Below, piece after piece: positions 1 to 7,600 of a DNA stretch of 64,000 bases. Location: positions 197,948-261,947 of the forward strand of contig JBJMGT010000015.1 of the NCBI GenBank assembly GCA_045807745.1. The letters run 5' to 3'. Made by a program: the position numbers and the translations under genes. The notes under the pieces are model-generated. The model was not told the origin of the DNA. It made no database searches and worked only from the letters and a program-made list of their open reading frames with translations. This DNA is from Pyrinomonadaceae bacterium. GTDB lineage: Bacteria; Acidobacteriota; Blastocatellia; Pyrinomonadales; Pyrinomonadaceae. The stretch's first letter is position 1, and each line of letters starts with the position of its first letter.

Positions 1-1086
1 GTCAACGAGAGCGCAGCGCGGGCGACGCGTCTGGTCTCAGCGGAATCTGTGCGGGCGGCGGCGGCGCGTGTACTCGCCCGCCGCGCCAGCGTCCCGCAGC
101 CGTGGTTGGGCGCGCGCGGCGATGCGGTGGCCCTGACGCCGCTCAATCTATTCGTGGCGCGCGGCTGGCCCGAGCTTGAAGCGCGCGCGATGGTCAACCG
201 GCATCAGGGGGTGCTGCTCACGGATGTCGCGCCGGGTACGCCGGCCGCAGTCGCGGGCTTGCGCTCCGGCGATATCGTCGCGCGGATCAGCCAGCACGAA
301 GTCCGCAGCGTCGAAGATATGTCGCTGCTCTTGCAGGAACTGGGCAGCAACTCTGTGGCGCGCTTCACGGTGCTGCGCGCCGCCGGCCCGCCGCTCGATC
401 TCTCCGTGCGTTTAAGTGAAGCACAGAACCCCGCGTTGGAGACGGCACAGGCCGAAGCGCGCGCCGCCGAAGCCGAGATTAAATTGGCCGAGAGCGAGGC
501 CCGTCTGGCCGCAGCCGAGACGCGGCTCGCGGAGATCGAGACACGAACGGCACAGGTTGAAGTGCGCACGTGCGAAGCTGAACTACGAGTCGCCGCGACG
601 GACGCGCTCAAGGCCACAGCGCAAAAGCGTCTGCGCGAAGCGCAAGAGCACATGCTGTCTTTACAGACGCGCATGGCGCAAGCGCAAGAGCGCGCCAAAG
701 CTGCCCAACTGCACACGGTTGACGCACAACTGCGTCTCCACGCCGCCGAGGTACGCATGAAGCGGGCGAGCGACGAACACTTCGGCATGCCCGTGATGTG
801 GTTGCTGCCTTACGGTGTCAGAGCCGTCAGCCTGTGGCCGCCGGGCGCGGCCCCTGTGAGCGGGCGCGCGGGTCTGCTGGTCGTTTCGATCAAGCCGGAG
901 AGCAGGGCGGCGCAGGCAGGCTTGCGCCTCGGCGACATCATCGAGACGATCAACGGGCGACGGGCGCACGAACTTGGCGACTTGACGGAAGAGTCGCCCG
1001 CCGAGGCCGACTTCGTCAACCTGCTCGGCATACAGCGCGACGGGCAGAGCCTCACGCTCAAGCTAACGCGCCCGCCGGAGAAGTAA
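1..1086 (+). CDS. 5'-partial CDS encoding PDZ / coiled-coil / PDZ protein. It may be the C-terminal part of an HtrA-like protease.
   Basis: Frame 1 is open from nt 1 with no stop upstream of the annotated Met at 49. There are two PDZ-like segments (GLRSGDIVARI..., GLRLGDIIETINGRRA). Between them is a ~110 aa Ala/Glu/Arg-rich heptad-like stretch (AEAEIKLAESEARLAAAETRLAEIETR...). Confidence 0.55.
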   Translation, partial: VNESAARATRLVSAESVRAAAARVLARRASVPQPWLGARGDAVALTPLNLFVARGWPELEARAMVNRHQGVLLTDVAPGTPAAVAGLRSGDIVARISQHEVRSVEDMSLLLQELGSNSVARFTVLRAAGPPLDLSVRLSEAQNPALETAQAEARAAEAEIKLAESEARLAAAETRLAEIETRTAQVEVRTCEAELRVAATDALKATAQKRLREAQEHMLSLQTRMAQAQERAKAAQLHTVDAQLRLHAAEVRMKRASDEHFGMPVMWLLPYGVRAVSLWPPGAAPVSGRAGLLVVSIKPESRAAQAGLRLGDIIETINGRRAHELGDLTEESPAEADFVNLLGIQRDGQSLTLKLTRPPEK

Positions 1087-1280
1087 AGCAAGACTGCAAT
1101 AATCAATAACAATAGGTAATCGAAGCGCTGGCGTCGCACTCACGCCGTTAACTGTCTTCACAGTTTATCTCTTTCCGTTGTTGCCGTTATCGCCTCCCAT
1201 TCCTGAGCAGTCCGACTTGTGCTAAGCTAACCGGCGTTCAAATCGCTCGTGTCATTAAAAATCATCCAGCGCGTTAGGCA

Positions 1281-2654
1281 GTGAAGGGTCGGACTCTCAT
1301 GCTGCACGAAGCCGTCGCCTATTATCATCAACTGCTAGAAGATCAAGCACTGGCCGAAGCCTCGCGCGTGATGCTCGACGAGGGCTTCGAGCAAGCCAAG
1401 CTGATCTTTGGCGGTCGTCGTCTGTGTCCCTACCTGCGCCCGCATTTCGTCGCGGAGCAGGATTACGCTCGCGTGCGGCGCGTGTGCGAAACCGTCTGGG
1501 GCGCGATCCAGCAGGTGAAAGATGCTGCGGTTGAAGACCCGGCCCTGTTTGACGAGTTGGGACTGACAGACATTGAGCGCGAACTTGTTAGCATCGATCC
1601 CGGCTATCGCGAAGTCTCGCCCACCGCGCGGCTCGACTCGTTTTTGACGGACGATGCTTACAGCTTTGTCGAGTTGAACGGCGAGAGTCCTGCTGGGATA
1701 GCTTATGCGGACGCCGCCTTTGAAATCTTCTCGGCGCTGCCGGTCATGCAGCGCTTCGCCGAACGCTACGAAGTGCGCCCGCAGTTCGGTCGGCACCTGC
1801 TGCTCGAAGTGCTGCTGCGCGCCTATCAAGAGTTTCTCGGACACAAACCGGAACGCGCGCCGCACATCGCCATCGTCGATCTTAAGGGCTTGCCGACGCA
1901 GAAAGAGTTTGAGCTGTTCCGCGAATACTTCGAGCGCGAGGGCTATCCGGCGCAGGTGTGTGCGCCCGACGAGCTTGAGTTTGCGGATGGGCATTTGCGC
2001 GCCGGCGATTTTGAGATCGACATCGTTTACAAGCGCCTGCTCGTCAACGAGTACTTGCCGATCATGCAGGAACAGCCAGCGTTGTTGGACGCGTACCGCG
2101 CCCGCGCGATCTGCATGGTCAACAGCTTCCGTTCCAAGTTGATCCACAAGAAGGCGCTCTTCGCCGTGCTGACGGACGAGCGCCATGCGCATCTGTTTAG
2201 TGATGAGGAGCGCGCGGCCATACGCGCACATGTACCGTGGACGCGCAAAGTACGCGCCGAGCAGACGGAGCACTACGGCGAGCAGATCGATCTGTTGGAG
2301 TTCGCGACGAATAACCGCAATCGTTTGGTGTTGAAGCCTAACGATGATTACGGCGGGCATGGCATCTACATCGGTTGGAACACGGATGAGATCGCATGGA
2401 ACGAGGCGTTGCGCCACGCGCTCGCCAATGGTGATTATTTGTTACAGGAGCGCGTGTCGACCGCCCGCGAAATGTTTCCGGCGCTCAAAGATGACGGCTC
2501 GTTCGCGTTTGAGGAGCAGTTGGTCGATCTCGATCCGTTATTGTTCTACGGCAAGGTCGGTTCGGCCTTTACACGTCTGTCGGCCACTGAACTCGCTAAC
2601 GTAACGGCCGGTGGCGGCATGGTGCCCACGTTCATCATAAACAAAAAGAGTTGA
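1281..2654 (+). CDS. ATP-grasp-like amidoligase, resembling a circularly permuted ATP-grasp or glutathionylspermidine-synthase-like protein
   Basis: 457 aa ORF with good coding composition. The C-terminal half (RLVLKPNDDYGGHGIYIGW...YLLQERV) resembles the nucleotide-binding core of ATP-grasp/GspS-like ligases. It is first in a 4-gene plus-strand operon ending at a terminator at 4741-4779. The family assignment is from motif recognition only. Confidence 0.45.
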   Translation: MKGRTLMLHEAVAYYHQLLEDQALAEASRVMLDEGFEQAKLIFGGRRLCPYLRPHFVAEQDYARVRRVCETVWGAIQQVKDAAVEDPALFDELGLTDIERELVSIDPGYREVSPTARLDSFLTDDAYSFVELNGESPAGIAYADAAFEIFSALPVMQRFAERYEVRPQFGRHLLLEVLLRAYQEFLGHKPERAPHIAIVDLKGLPTQKEFELFREYFEREGYPAQVCAPDELEFADGHLRAGDFEIDIVYKRLLVNEYLPIMQEQPALLDAYRARAICMVNSFRSKLIHKKALFAVLTDERHAHLFSDEERAAIRAHVPWTRKVRAEQTEHYGEQIDLLEFATNNRNRLVLKPNDDYGGHGIYIGWNTDEIAWNEALRHALANGDYLLQERVSTAREMFPALKDDGSFAFEEQLVDLDPLLFYGKVGSAFTRLSATELANVTAGGGMVPTFIINKKS

Positions 2655-2672
2655 GCTAAGCGCCGCGCGCCG

Positions 2673-3041
2673 TTGGTTACTTTTAACTCGGAGAGTGCGC
2701 CCATGAGCAAAGACCCTGAAGTCGATGAATTGGCGTTTGCGGAGCGCCGGCAGCACGATCGCTCGCGCCTGATCGTGGACGTGTTCTTTAACGGCGCGGA
2801 CATAACCGGCGTGGCAAGTTCGAAAGACATCAGTCCGGGCGGGCTGTACATGAACACGCGGACGGAGTTGCCCGAAGGCGGCTTGCTGACCGTGCGCATC
2901 CCGTTTGCTGAAGGCGATGTGGTGGTCAACGCCGAAGTGGTCTATAGCAATCCGGGGCGCGGTGTCGGCGTGCGCTTTCAAGGGCTGGCGGAAAAAGATC
3001 GCGCCTTGATGGAACGCGCGCTCGCGCGGAGCGATGGATGA
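2673..3041 (+). CDS. PilZ-domain protein, a putative c-di-GMP receptor
   Basis: 122 aa. It has an RxxxR-like motif (RRQHDRSR) followed by DISPGG (D/NxSxxG), the two halves of the PilZ c-di-GMP binding signature. It lies 19 bp downstream of the previous gene. Confidence 0.6.
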   Translation: MVTFNSESAPMSKDPEVDELAFAERRQHDRSRLIVDVFFNGADITGVASSKDISPGGLYMNTRTELPEGGLLTVRIPFAEGDVVVNAEVVYSNPGRGVGVRFQGLAEKDRALMERALARSDG

Positions 3042-3580
3042 CGACTGAAGTTGCGGCGGACAAATTGAGTTGGCACAGTCTTCCGCCTGATTTGCGAACC
3101 GCGCTCGCGGGCCGGCTCGCCGGTCTCTGGGGCGCGCCGACGGACGAAGCCTCGTTCGATAGTCTCGCCGTAGACAAGCAACAAGCGTTGCTACTCCTCT
3201 TGCGGCGCATGCTGCAACTGGATTTATGGTTGGTGGTGCGCAAGGTAACGAACATCTATGGCGAGGGCGGCGTCGGGATGGCCTTTGACGCATGGCCTGT
3301 GGTCGTTGCCACGCTTACGCGCCGTCGAGACTTTACCCGCCGCTTCGCCAACCATCGCAACACGACCGGCGGTTTCTACGAACGCGGGCGCGGCACAGGT
3401 GTGTTACATTTTCTGTACGTGGACAAGCCGGGTGAGGCGCGCGCGTGGCAGGTGCATTTCGATCTCTACAGTCCTGTCTATTCGCCCCTGAGCGTGCTGC
3501 GCCATCTCCGGCACGAGTTTATCGCTAAGTACACGCCCGACTGGCGCGCCATCACAACTGCTTTGCGCGACACGGCCTAA
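3038..3580 (+). CDS. hypothetical protein (DUF) in the ligase operon
   Basis: 180 aa ORF. Its ATG overlaps the PilZ stop (ATGA), indicating translational coupling. No recognisable motif. Confidence 0.4.
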   Translation: MTTEVAADKLSWHSLPPDLRTALAGRLAGLWGAPTDEASFDSLAVDKQQALLLLLRRMLQLDLWLVVRKVTNIYGEGGVGMAFDAWPVVVATLTRRRDFTRRFANHRNTTGGFYERGRGTGVLHFLYVDKPGEARAWQVHFDLYSPVYSPLSVLRHLRHEFIAKYTPDWRAITTALRDTA

Positions 3581-3606
3581 ATTTTTCAGGCGCAGGTGAG
3601 AGAGTC

Positions 3607-4713
3607 ATGGAGCCATATACCCTCGGGATTGAAGAAGAATTCCAGATCGTCGATCCGCAGACACGCGAGCTGAAGTCGCACGTCTCGGAGATACTCGAAG
3701 AGGGCCGGATGATCCTCGGCGAGCAGGTCAAACCGGAGATGATCCAGGCGCAGATCGAGGTTGGCACGGGCATCTGCCGCGACATCGCAGAAGCGCGCAA
3801 GGACATCACGAACCTGCGCGCCATCGTCTCGTCGCTCGCGCGCAAGAATGGGCTGAACATCGTCGCGGCTTCGACTCATCCGATCTCACAGTGGCGCGAT
3901 CAGGTGATTTACGACGACCCGCATTACACGCTGCTCATCGAAGAGTTGCAGATGGTCGCGCGCTCGCTGCTCATCTTCGGGCTGCACGTACACGTCGGCA
4001 TCCCCGACCGCGAGCGGCAAATCCACATCATGAATGCGGCGCGCTACTTTCTGCCGCACGTGCTGGCGCTGACCACTTCGTCGCCCTTCTGGCTCGGCAT
4101 CAACTCGGGGCTGAAATCTTATCGCTCGGAAGTCTTCAAGAAGTTCCCGCGCACGGACATCCCCGACCACTTCGACTCCTACGTCTCGTTTCAACGCTAC
4201 ATCGATCTGCTGCTCAAAACGAACTCGATCAGCGGGCCGAAAAAAATCTGGTGGGACGTGCGCCCGCACCCGTTCTTCCCGACACTTGAATTCCGCGTCT
4301 GCGACATCCCGACGCGGGTGGACGACACGGTCGCCATCGCCGCGCTCTTTCAAGCCATCGTCTGCAAACTCGACCGGCTGATCGATAAGAATCTCGGCTT
4401 CCGCCTCTATCGCCGCATGTTGATTCAGGAGAACAAGTGGCGCGCGGTACGCTACGGGCTGGACGGGAAGATGCTCGACCTCGGCAAGCAGAAGGAAGTG
4501 CCCACAGTCGACCTCATCCGCGAGTTGCTCGACTTCGTGGACGACGTGCTCGACGATCTCGGCTCGCGCTCAGAGATTGAGCACATCCACACGATCTTGG
4601 CGCGCGGCACATCCGCCGATGAGCAGTTGCGCGTGTTCAAGGAGACGAACGACCTGAAAGCGGTGGTCGATAGACTGATCGAACTGACGGTCGAGCACGT
4701 GCCGTCGCTCTAA
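3607..4713 (+). CDS. ybdK: carboxylate-amine ligase of the YbdK / GCS2 family (glutamate-cysteine ligase family 2)
   Basis: The N-terminus LGIEEEFQIVD and overall length (368 aa) are characteristic of the YbdK/GCS2 family. It is last in the operon and followed by a strong terminator. Confidence 0.75.
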   Translation: MEPYTLGIEEEFQIVDPQTRELKSHVSEILEEGRMILGEQVKPEMIQAQIEVGTGICRDIAEARKDITNLRAIVSSLARKNGLNIVAASTHPISQWRDQVIYDDPHYTLLIEELQMVARSLLIFGLHVHVGIPDRERQIHIMNAARYFLPHVLALTTSSPFWLGINSGLKSYRSEVFKKFPRTDIPDHFDSYVSFQRYIDLLLKTNSISGPKKIWWDVRPHPFFPTLEFRVCDIPTRVDDTVAIAALFQAIVCKLDRLIDKNLGFRLYRRMLIQENKWRAVRYGLDGKMLDLGKQKEVPTVDLIRELLDFVDDVLDDLGSRSEIEHIHTILARGTSADEQLRVFKETNDLKAVVDRLIELTVEHVPSL

Positions 4714-4740
4714 TAGCTTAGCCGCTAACTACAGCATGAG

Positions 4741-4779
4741 CAAAAGCCCGGTCGATATGAACATCGACCGGGCTTTTCG
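4741..4779. terminator. bidirectional rho-independent terminator
   Basis: caaaa-GCCCGGTCGAT-atgaac-ATCGACCGGGC-ttttcg. An 11-bp perfect stem is flanked by an A-run and a T-run. It lies between the convergent YbdK-like gene (end 4713) and the DyP gene (end 4905). Confidence 0.65.
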
Positions 4780-4904
4780 TGCGCCCTAACAAGCGCATGC
4801 TGCTATCGGAGTTGAGCCGGGACAGTTCCGCCCACCGGCCCTCGCAACCATTGTAGCCGCCTATGGGTGGGGCGACTGCGGAGTTGGCCCTGCCGTCCCT
4901 ATTG

Positions 4905-6356
4905 CTACGTGCCGGCGATATGACGTAACGCCTTGATGCCGGGTAGGAAAAAGTAGGCCCCGCCTTTGACGGTGATAAAGCGGCGGAGATCATGGACCCG
5001 CGTGCGGAGCGGATCGGCTTGCACTGTCATGATCTCATCGCCCTTGTCCAAGTGCCCGATCAGCGGATCGACCTCGCCGTTTAAGCCGCCGAAGACCGGG
5101 TTGTTGATCCACGTCTGCTGGACGAATTCGAACTGGCGTTCGATGTCGCTGTTGAGACAGATAAAGTGCAAGCCGCGCGCGATGCCGTCATCGACCCGCG
5201 GGTCGGCGGCTCTGTGGCCGTAGGAGCGGCCACGGCGCAGAATTCGATGGCGGTTGGCCGAGGTGAGGGCGGTCTGCGGGTCTGGCCCGAGCGAGTCACG
5301 CGGGTTGGCGCGGCGAATGTGCGAACCGATGGGACAGGCAAAGCCACGCGCGTCCGTGTCGTTGTAGCCAAAGTCATCCGCATCACTGAGCGCGGGATCG
5401 TCGGAGGCGGGCGACAGTGTTAACGGTGCGCCGTTCGGCCAGCGGCCGACGAACTTCGCCGCCAGCCGACCACACGCGGCCTGGTCTAACTGCCCATCGA
5501 GGCGGCGTGTCGCTTCGTCAAGATAGTGATAAAAATCGGCGACGTGCTGGGCCAATTGGCGGAAGACGAGGTATGTGCCGTTGTGGCCCAAGTCGCGCAT
5601 AGCGGGTGCGCTGTTCGCTATGTCGGCAAGCGGGGGCGCGTCGGGCAGCAGATGTTGCGGGTCGCTCGCGGCCGGGACTTGCGGGCTGTCGGCTGGCTTG
5701 CCGTAGGCGTTAGAGTGCCCGAGCAGTACCTCGCCATCGTTGACCAGATTGCGCGCGGCCGCTTTGGCGGCCTGCGGACTGCCTGCGAGCGCGGGCTGGC
5801 CCATGCCATCGGCGAACCCGAAATGTTCGTGGCTGTCGGGCTGGCGTCCGGCTTCGAGGGCTAGGAATTCCACGACGCCGCTCGGCGTGAAATTCGCCCG
5901 TTGTCGGGCGCGCAGCGCATCGAGCGTCGTCTCGTCGGCAGCAAAGAGCAGCAGGAGCATGTCCGCGTCCTTGGCCTCTGCGCCGCCCCAGTCCCATTGG
6001 TCTGGCGCGTTGTCGTCGGCATCGCCGAGAATGCGCGAGCGGTGGGGCGTGGCCATGCCTTCGCGGAAGGGGCGCGAGAAGGTGGCGAGCGTTTCCGAGG
6101 TGAAGCCGAGCCGGGCCAGCCCGCGGTGCGTGAACGCCACGTTGAGCGACGTGCCTTCCTGCTTTCCTTCGGCCGTCGTGACCTCAGCCGCGAGTTGCGC
6201 CAGCCAACGGCGCGCGCCCGCCGCGTCGGCGACGCGCAGCAACAGGTAACACACGCAGGACAGATGGGCGTAGCCGCTCATGACGAGGCCCTGTATATCT
6301 TGTCGTTCTAGTTCCGCCACGATCTTGCACCTTTCGCTTAGAAGCGCCAGAGCCAC
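4905..6356 (-). CDS. DyP-type (dye-decolorizing) heme peroxidase
   Basis: N-terminal QDIQGLVMSGY matches the DyP N-terminal motif. EHFGFADGMGQP matches the GxxDG catalytic-Asp motif of DyPs. A proximal-His region HIRRANPRD is present. Its start overlaps the upstream gene by 19 nt. Confidence 0.7.
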   Translation of the reverse strand: MALALLSERCKIVAELERQDIQGLVMSGYAHLSCVCYLLLRVADAAGARRWLAQLAAEVTTAEGKQEGTSLNVAFTHRGLARLGFTSETLATFSRPFREGMATPHRSRILGDADDNAPDQWDWGGAEAKDADMLLLLFAADETTLDALRARQRANFTPSGVVEFLALEAGRQPDSHEHFGFADGMGQPALAGSPQAAKAAARNLVNDGEVLLGHSNAYGKPADSPQVPAASDPQHLLPDAPPLADIANSAPAMRDLGHNGTYLVFRQLAQHVADFYHYLDEATRRLDGQLDQAACGRLAAKFVGRWPNGAPLTLSPASDDPALSDADDFGYNDTDARGFACPIGSHIRRANPRDSLGPDPQTALTSANRHRILRRGRSYGHRAADPRVDDGIARGLHFICLNSDIERQFEFVQQTWINNPVFGGLNGEVDPLIGHLDKGDEIMTVQADPLRTRVHDLRRFITVKGGAYFFLPGIKALRHIAGT

Positions 6357-7600
6357 GCCCGCGTCGCGTTGTCGTCAAGCGACTTGTACAGGTCTTCGCG
6401 GATAGCGCTGTTGTTGTCTATCGTCTGGACGGTTAAGTGTTGATAGGCACTGTACCAGACGTTCGTGTAAGTCTGCTTGGCGCGCGCTTCGGCTTTGAAA
6501 CGCGCCCCGTCGCGCGCGCCTTCGCGCACGAGAAAACTCGCCTTGGGGAAATCGACCGTGTTGCTCCAGATGGCGGTTAGCCCCGTGCTCGCCTTGTCGA
6601 TGAAGTCGTCGAGGTAGTTCTCCCAACTGCCATCGAAGTTGCTGAGAAAGAGCAAGCGCCGGTCGTTGTCGATCAGCGCCCAGTGGGCGAAGTGGATGCT
6701 GGGAATGCCGCTGAGCTTGCCATCGTTGATGGTGCGGGCGATCAGGTTCACGAGCCAGAGCACGCCCCTGAGCGTCTTGCGCCGGAATGCGCCGGGTTTA
6801 ACCACCGTAATGCTCGCCATGTGGTTCTGGACGATGTGCGTGCGATCCTCGCGTTCGACTAACTCCTGCACGTGCGTTATGTCGCCGCGGTCGGCCGGCC
6901 CGGGGTCGCGTTGCTCCTTCCAGCGGAGCACGATCAGCCAGATGATGCCGACCGGAATTAGCATTGGCAGCAGCAGGAACGCGACGACGGCCGCAAGCGC
7001 GACCTTAAGCCGGGGCAGGTAATACTCCGCTGGGGTCTGGCGCGGCGGCACGCTCGCTGCCCATGCATGCGCCGGTTGGCCGCGTACGAAGGCTTGCACT
7101 TTTTGCCTCAGCGCGCCGGCCGGCACGCCGCCCGGCCCTTGCCGCACGACGCCGTCAAGGAACTGCTCGATGTTATCGCGGAGACCATCCTCCTGTTCAA
7201 TGCGCGCGTAGCTCCGCCCTACGTTGCCGACGTGGTAGGCATTCGGCCGGACGACGTGTGCGCGTAGGTAAGCGAGCACCTGCGCGCGGTCGTCTGCGCT
7301 CCGCGCCGGGTAGTCACGACAGCAACTATAGATGCGATGTAGCCCAGCGGCAGCGTGCTGATACAGGTCGGTCAGATATTCGTCGAGCGTGCCGTCGAAG
7401 TTATGCTCGAATATGAGATAGGGGCCGTAGAGGTCATCCTCATGTAGCACCAGGCTCGCGAAGTGGAGAAACTTGAAGGCGGGGAAAGGCAGGTGCGGGT
7501 TGTCGAGCAAGTTCTTCGCGATCTCCTTTAACAACGCATCAAGCTCCGCGACCCGGCTCGGCTCTACTTTGGTGATGAACGTGAGTACTGTGTGCTTCAT
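6338..7600 (-). CDS. hypothetical membrane-anchored protein with an internally duplicated domain
   Basis: 420 aa. It has a central TM helix (LKVALAAVVAFLLLPMLIPVGIIWLIVL). The N- and C-halves share a motif block (LHFASLVL...YLIFEHNFDGTLDEYLTDL versus IHFAHWALIDND..LLFLSNFDGSWENYLDDFIDK). Its start ATG overlaps the P450 stop (ATGA). Confidence 0.5.
   Translation of the reverse strand: MKHTVLTFITKVEPSRVAELDALLKEIAKNLLDNPHLPFPAFKFLHFASLVLHEDDLYGPYLIFEHNFDGTLDEYLTDLYQHAAAGLHRIYSCCRDYPARSADDRAQVLAYLRAHVVRPNAYHVGNVGRSYARIEQEDGLRDNIEQFLDGVVRQGPGGVPAGALRQKVQAFVRGQPAHAWAASVPPRQTPAEYYLPRLKVALAAVVAFLLLPMLIPVGIIWLIVLRWKEQRDPGPADRGDITHVQELVEREDRTHIVQNHMASITVVKPGAFRRKTLRGVLWLVNLIARTINDGKLSGIPSIHFAHWALIDNDRRLLFLSNFDGSWENYLDDFIDKASTGLTAIWSNTVDFPKASFLVREGARDGARFKAEARAKQTYTNVWYSAYQHLTVQTIDNNSAIREDLYKSLDDNATRAWLWRF

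Noticed and set aside
1335-2417. Long antisense and overlapping ORFs throughout, e.g. 1335..2417(-), 2538..3293(-), 15676..16989(+), 17842..18786(+), 21993..23321(+), 25904..26752(+) and 31386..32807(-)
   Set aside because: They are shadow ORFs typical of high-GC DNA. They lie antisense to genes with clear conserved motifs (nuo subunits, ligases). They have Arg/Ala/Pro-rich junk composition and no RBS.
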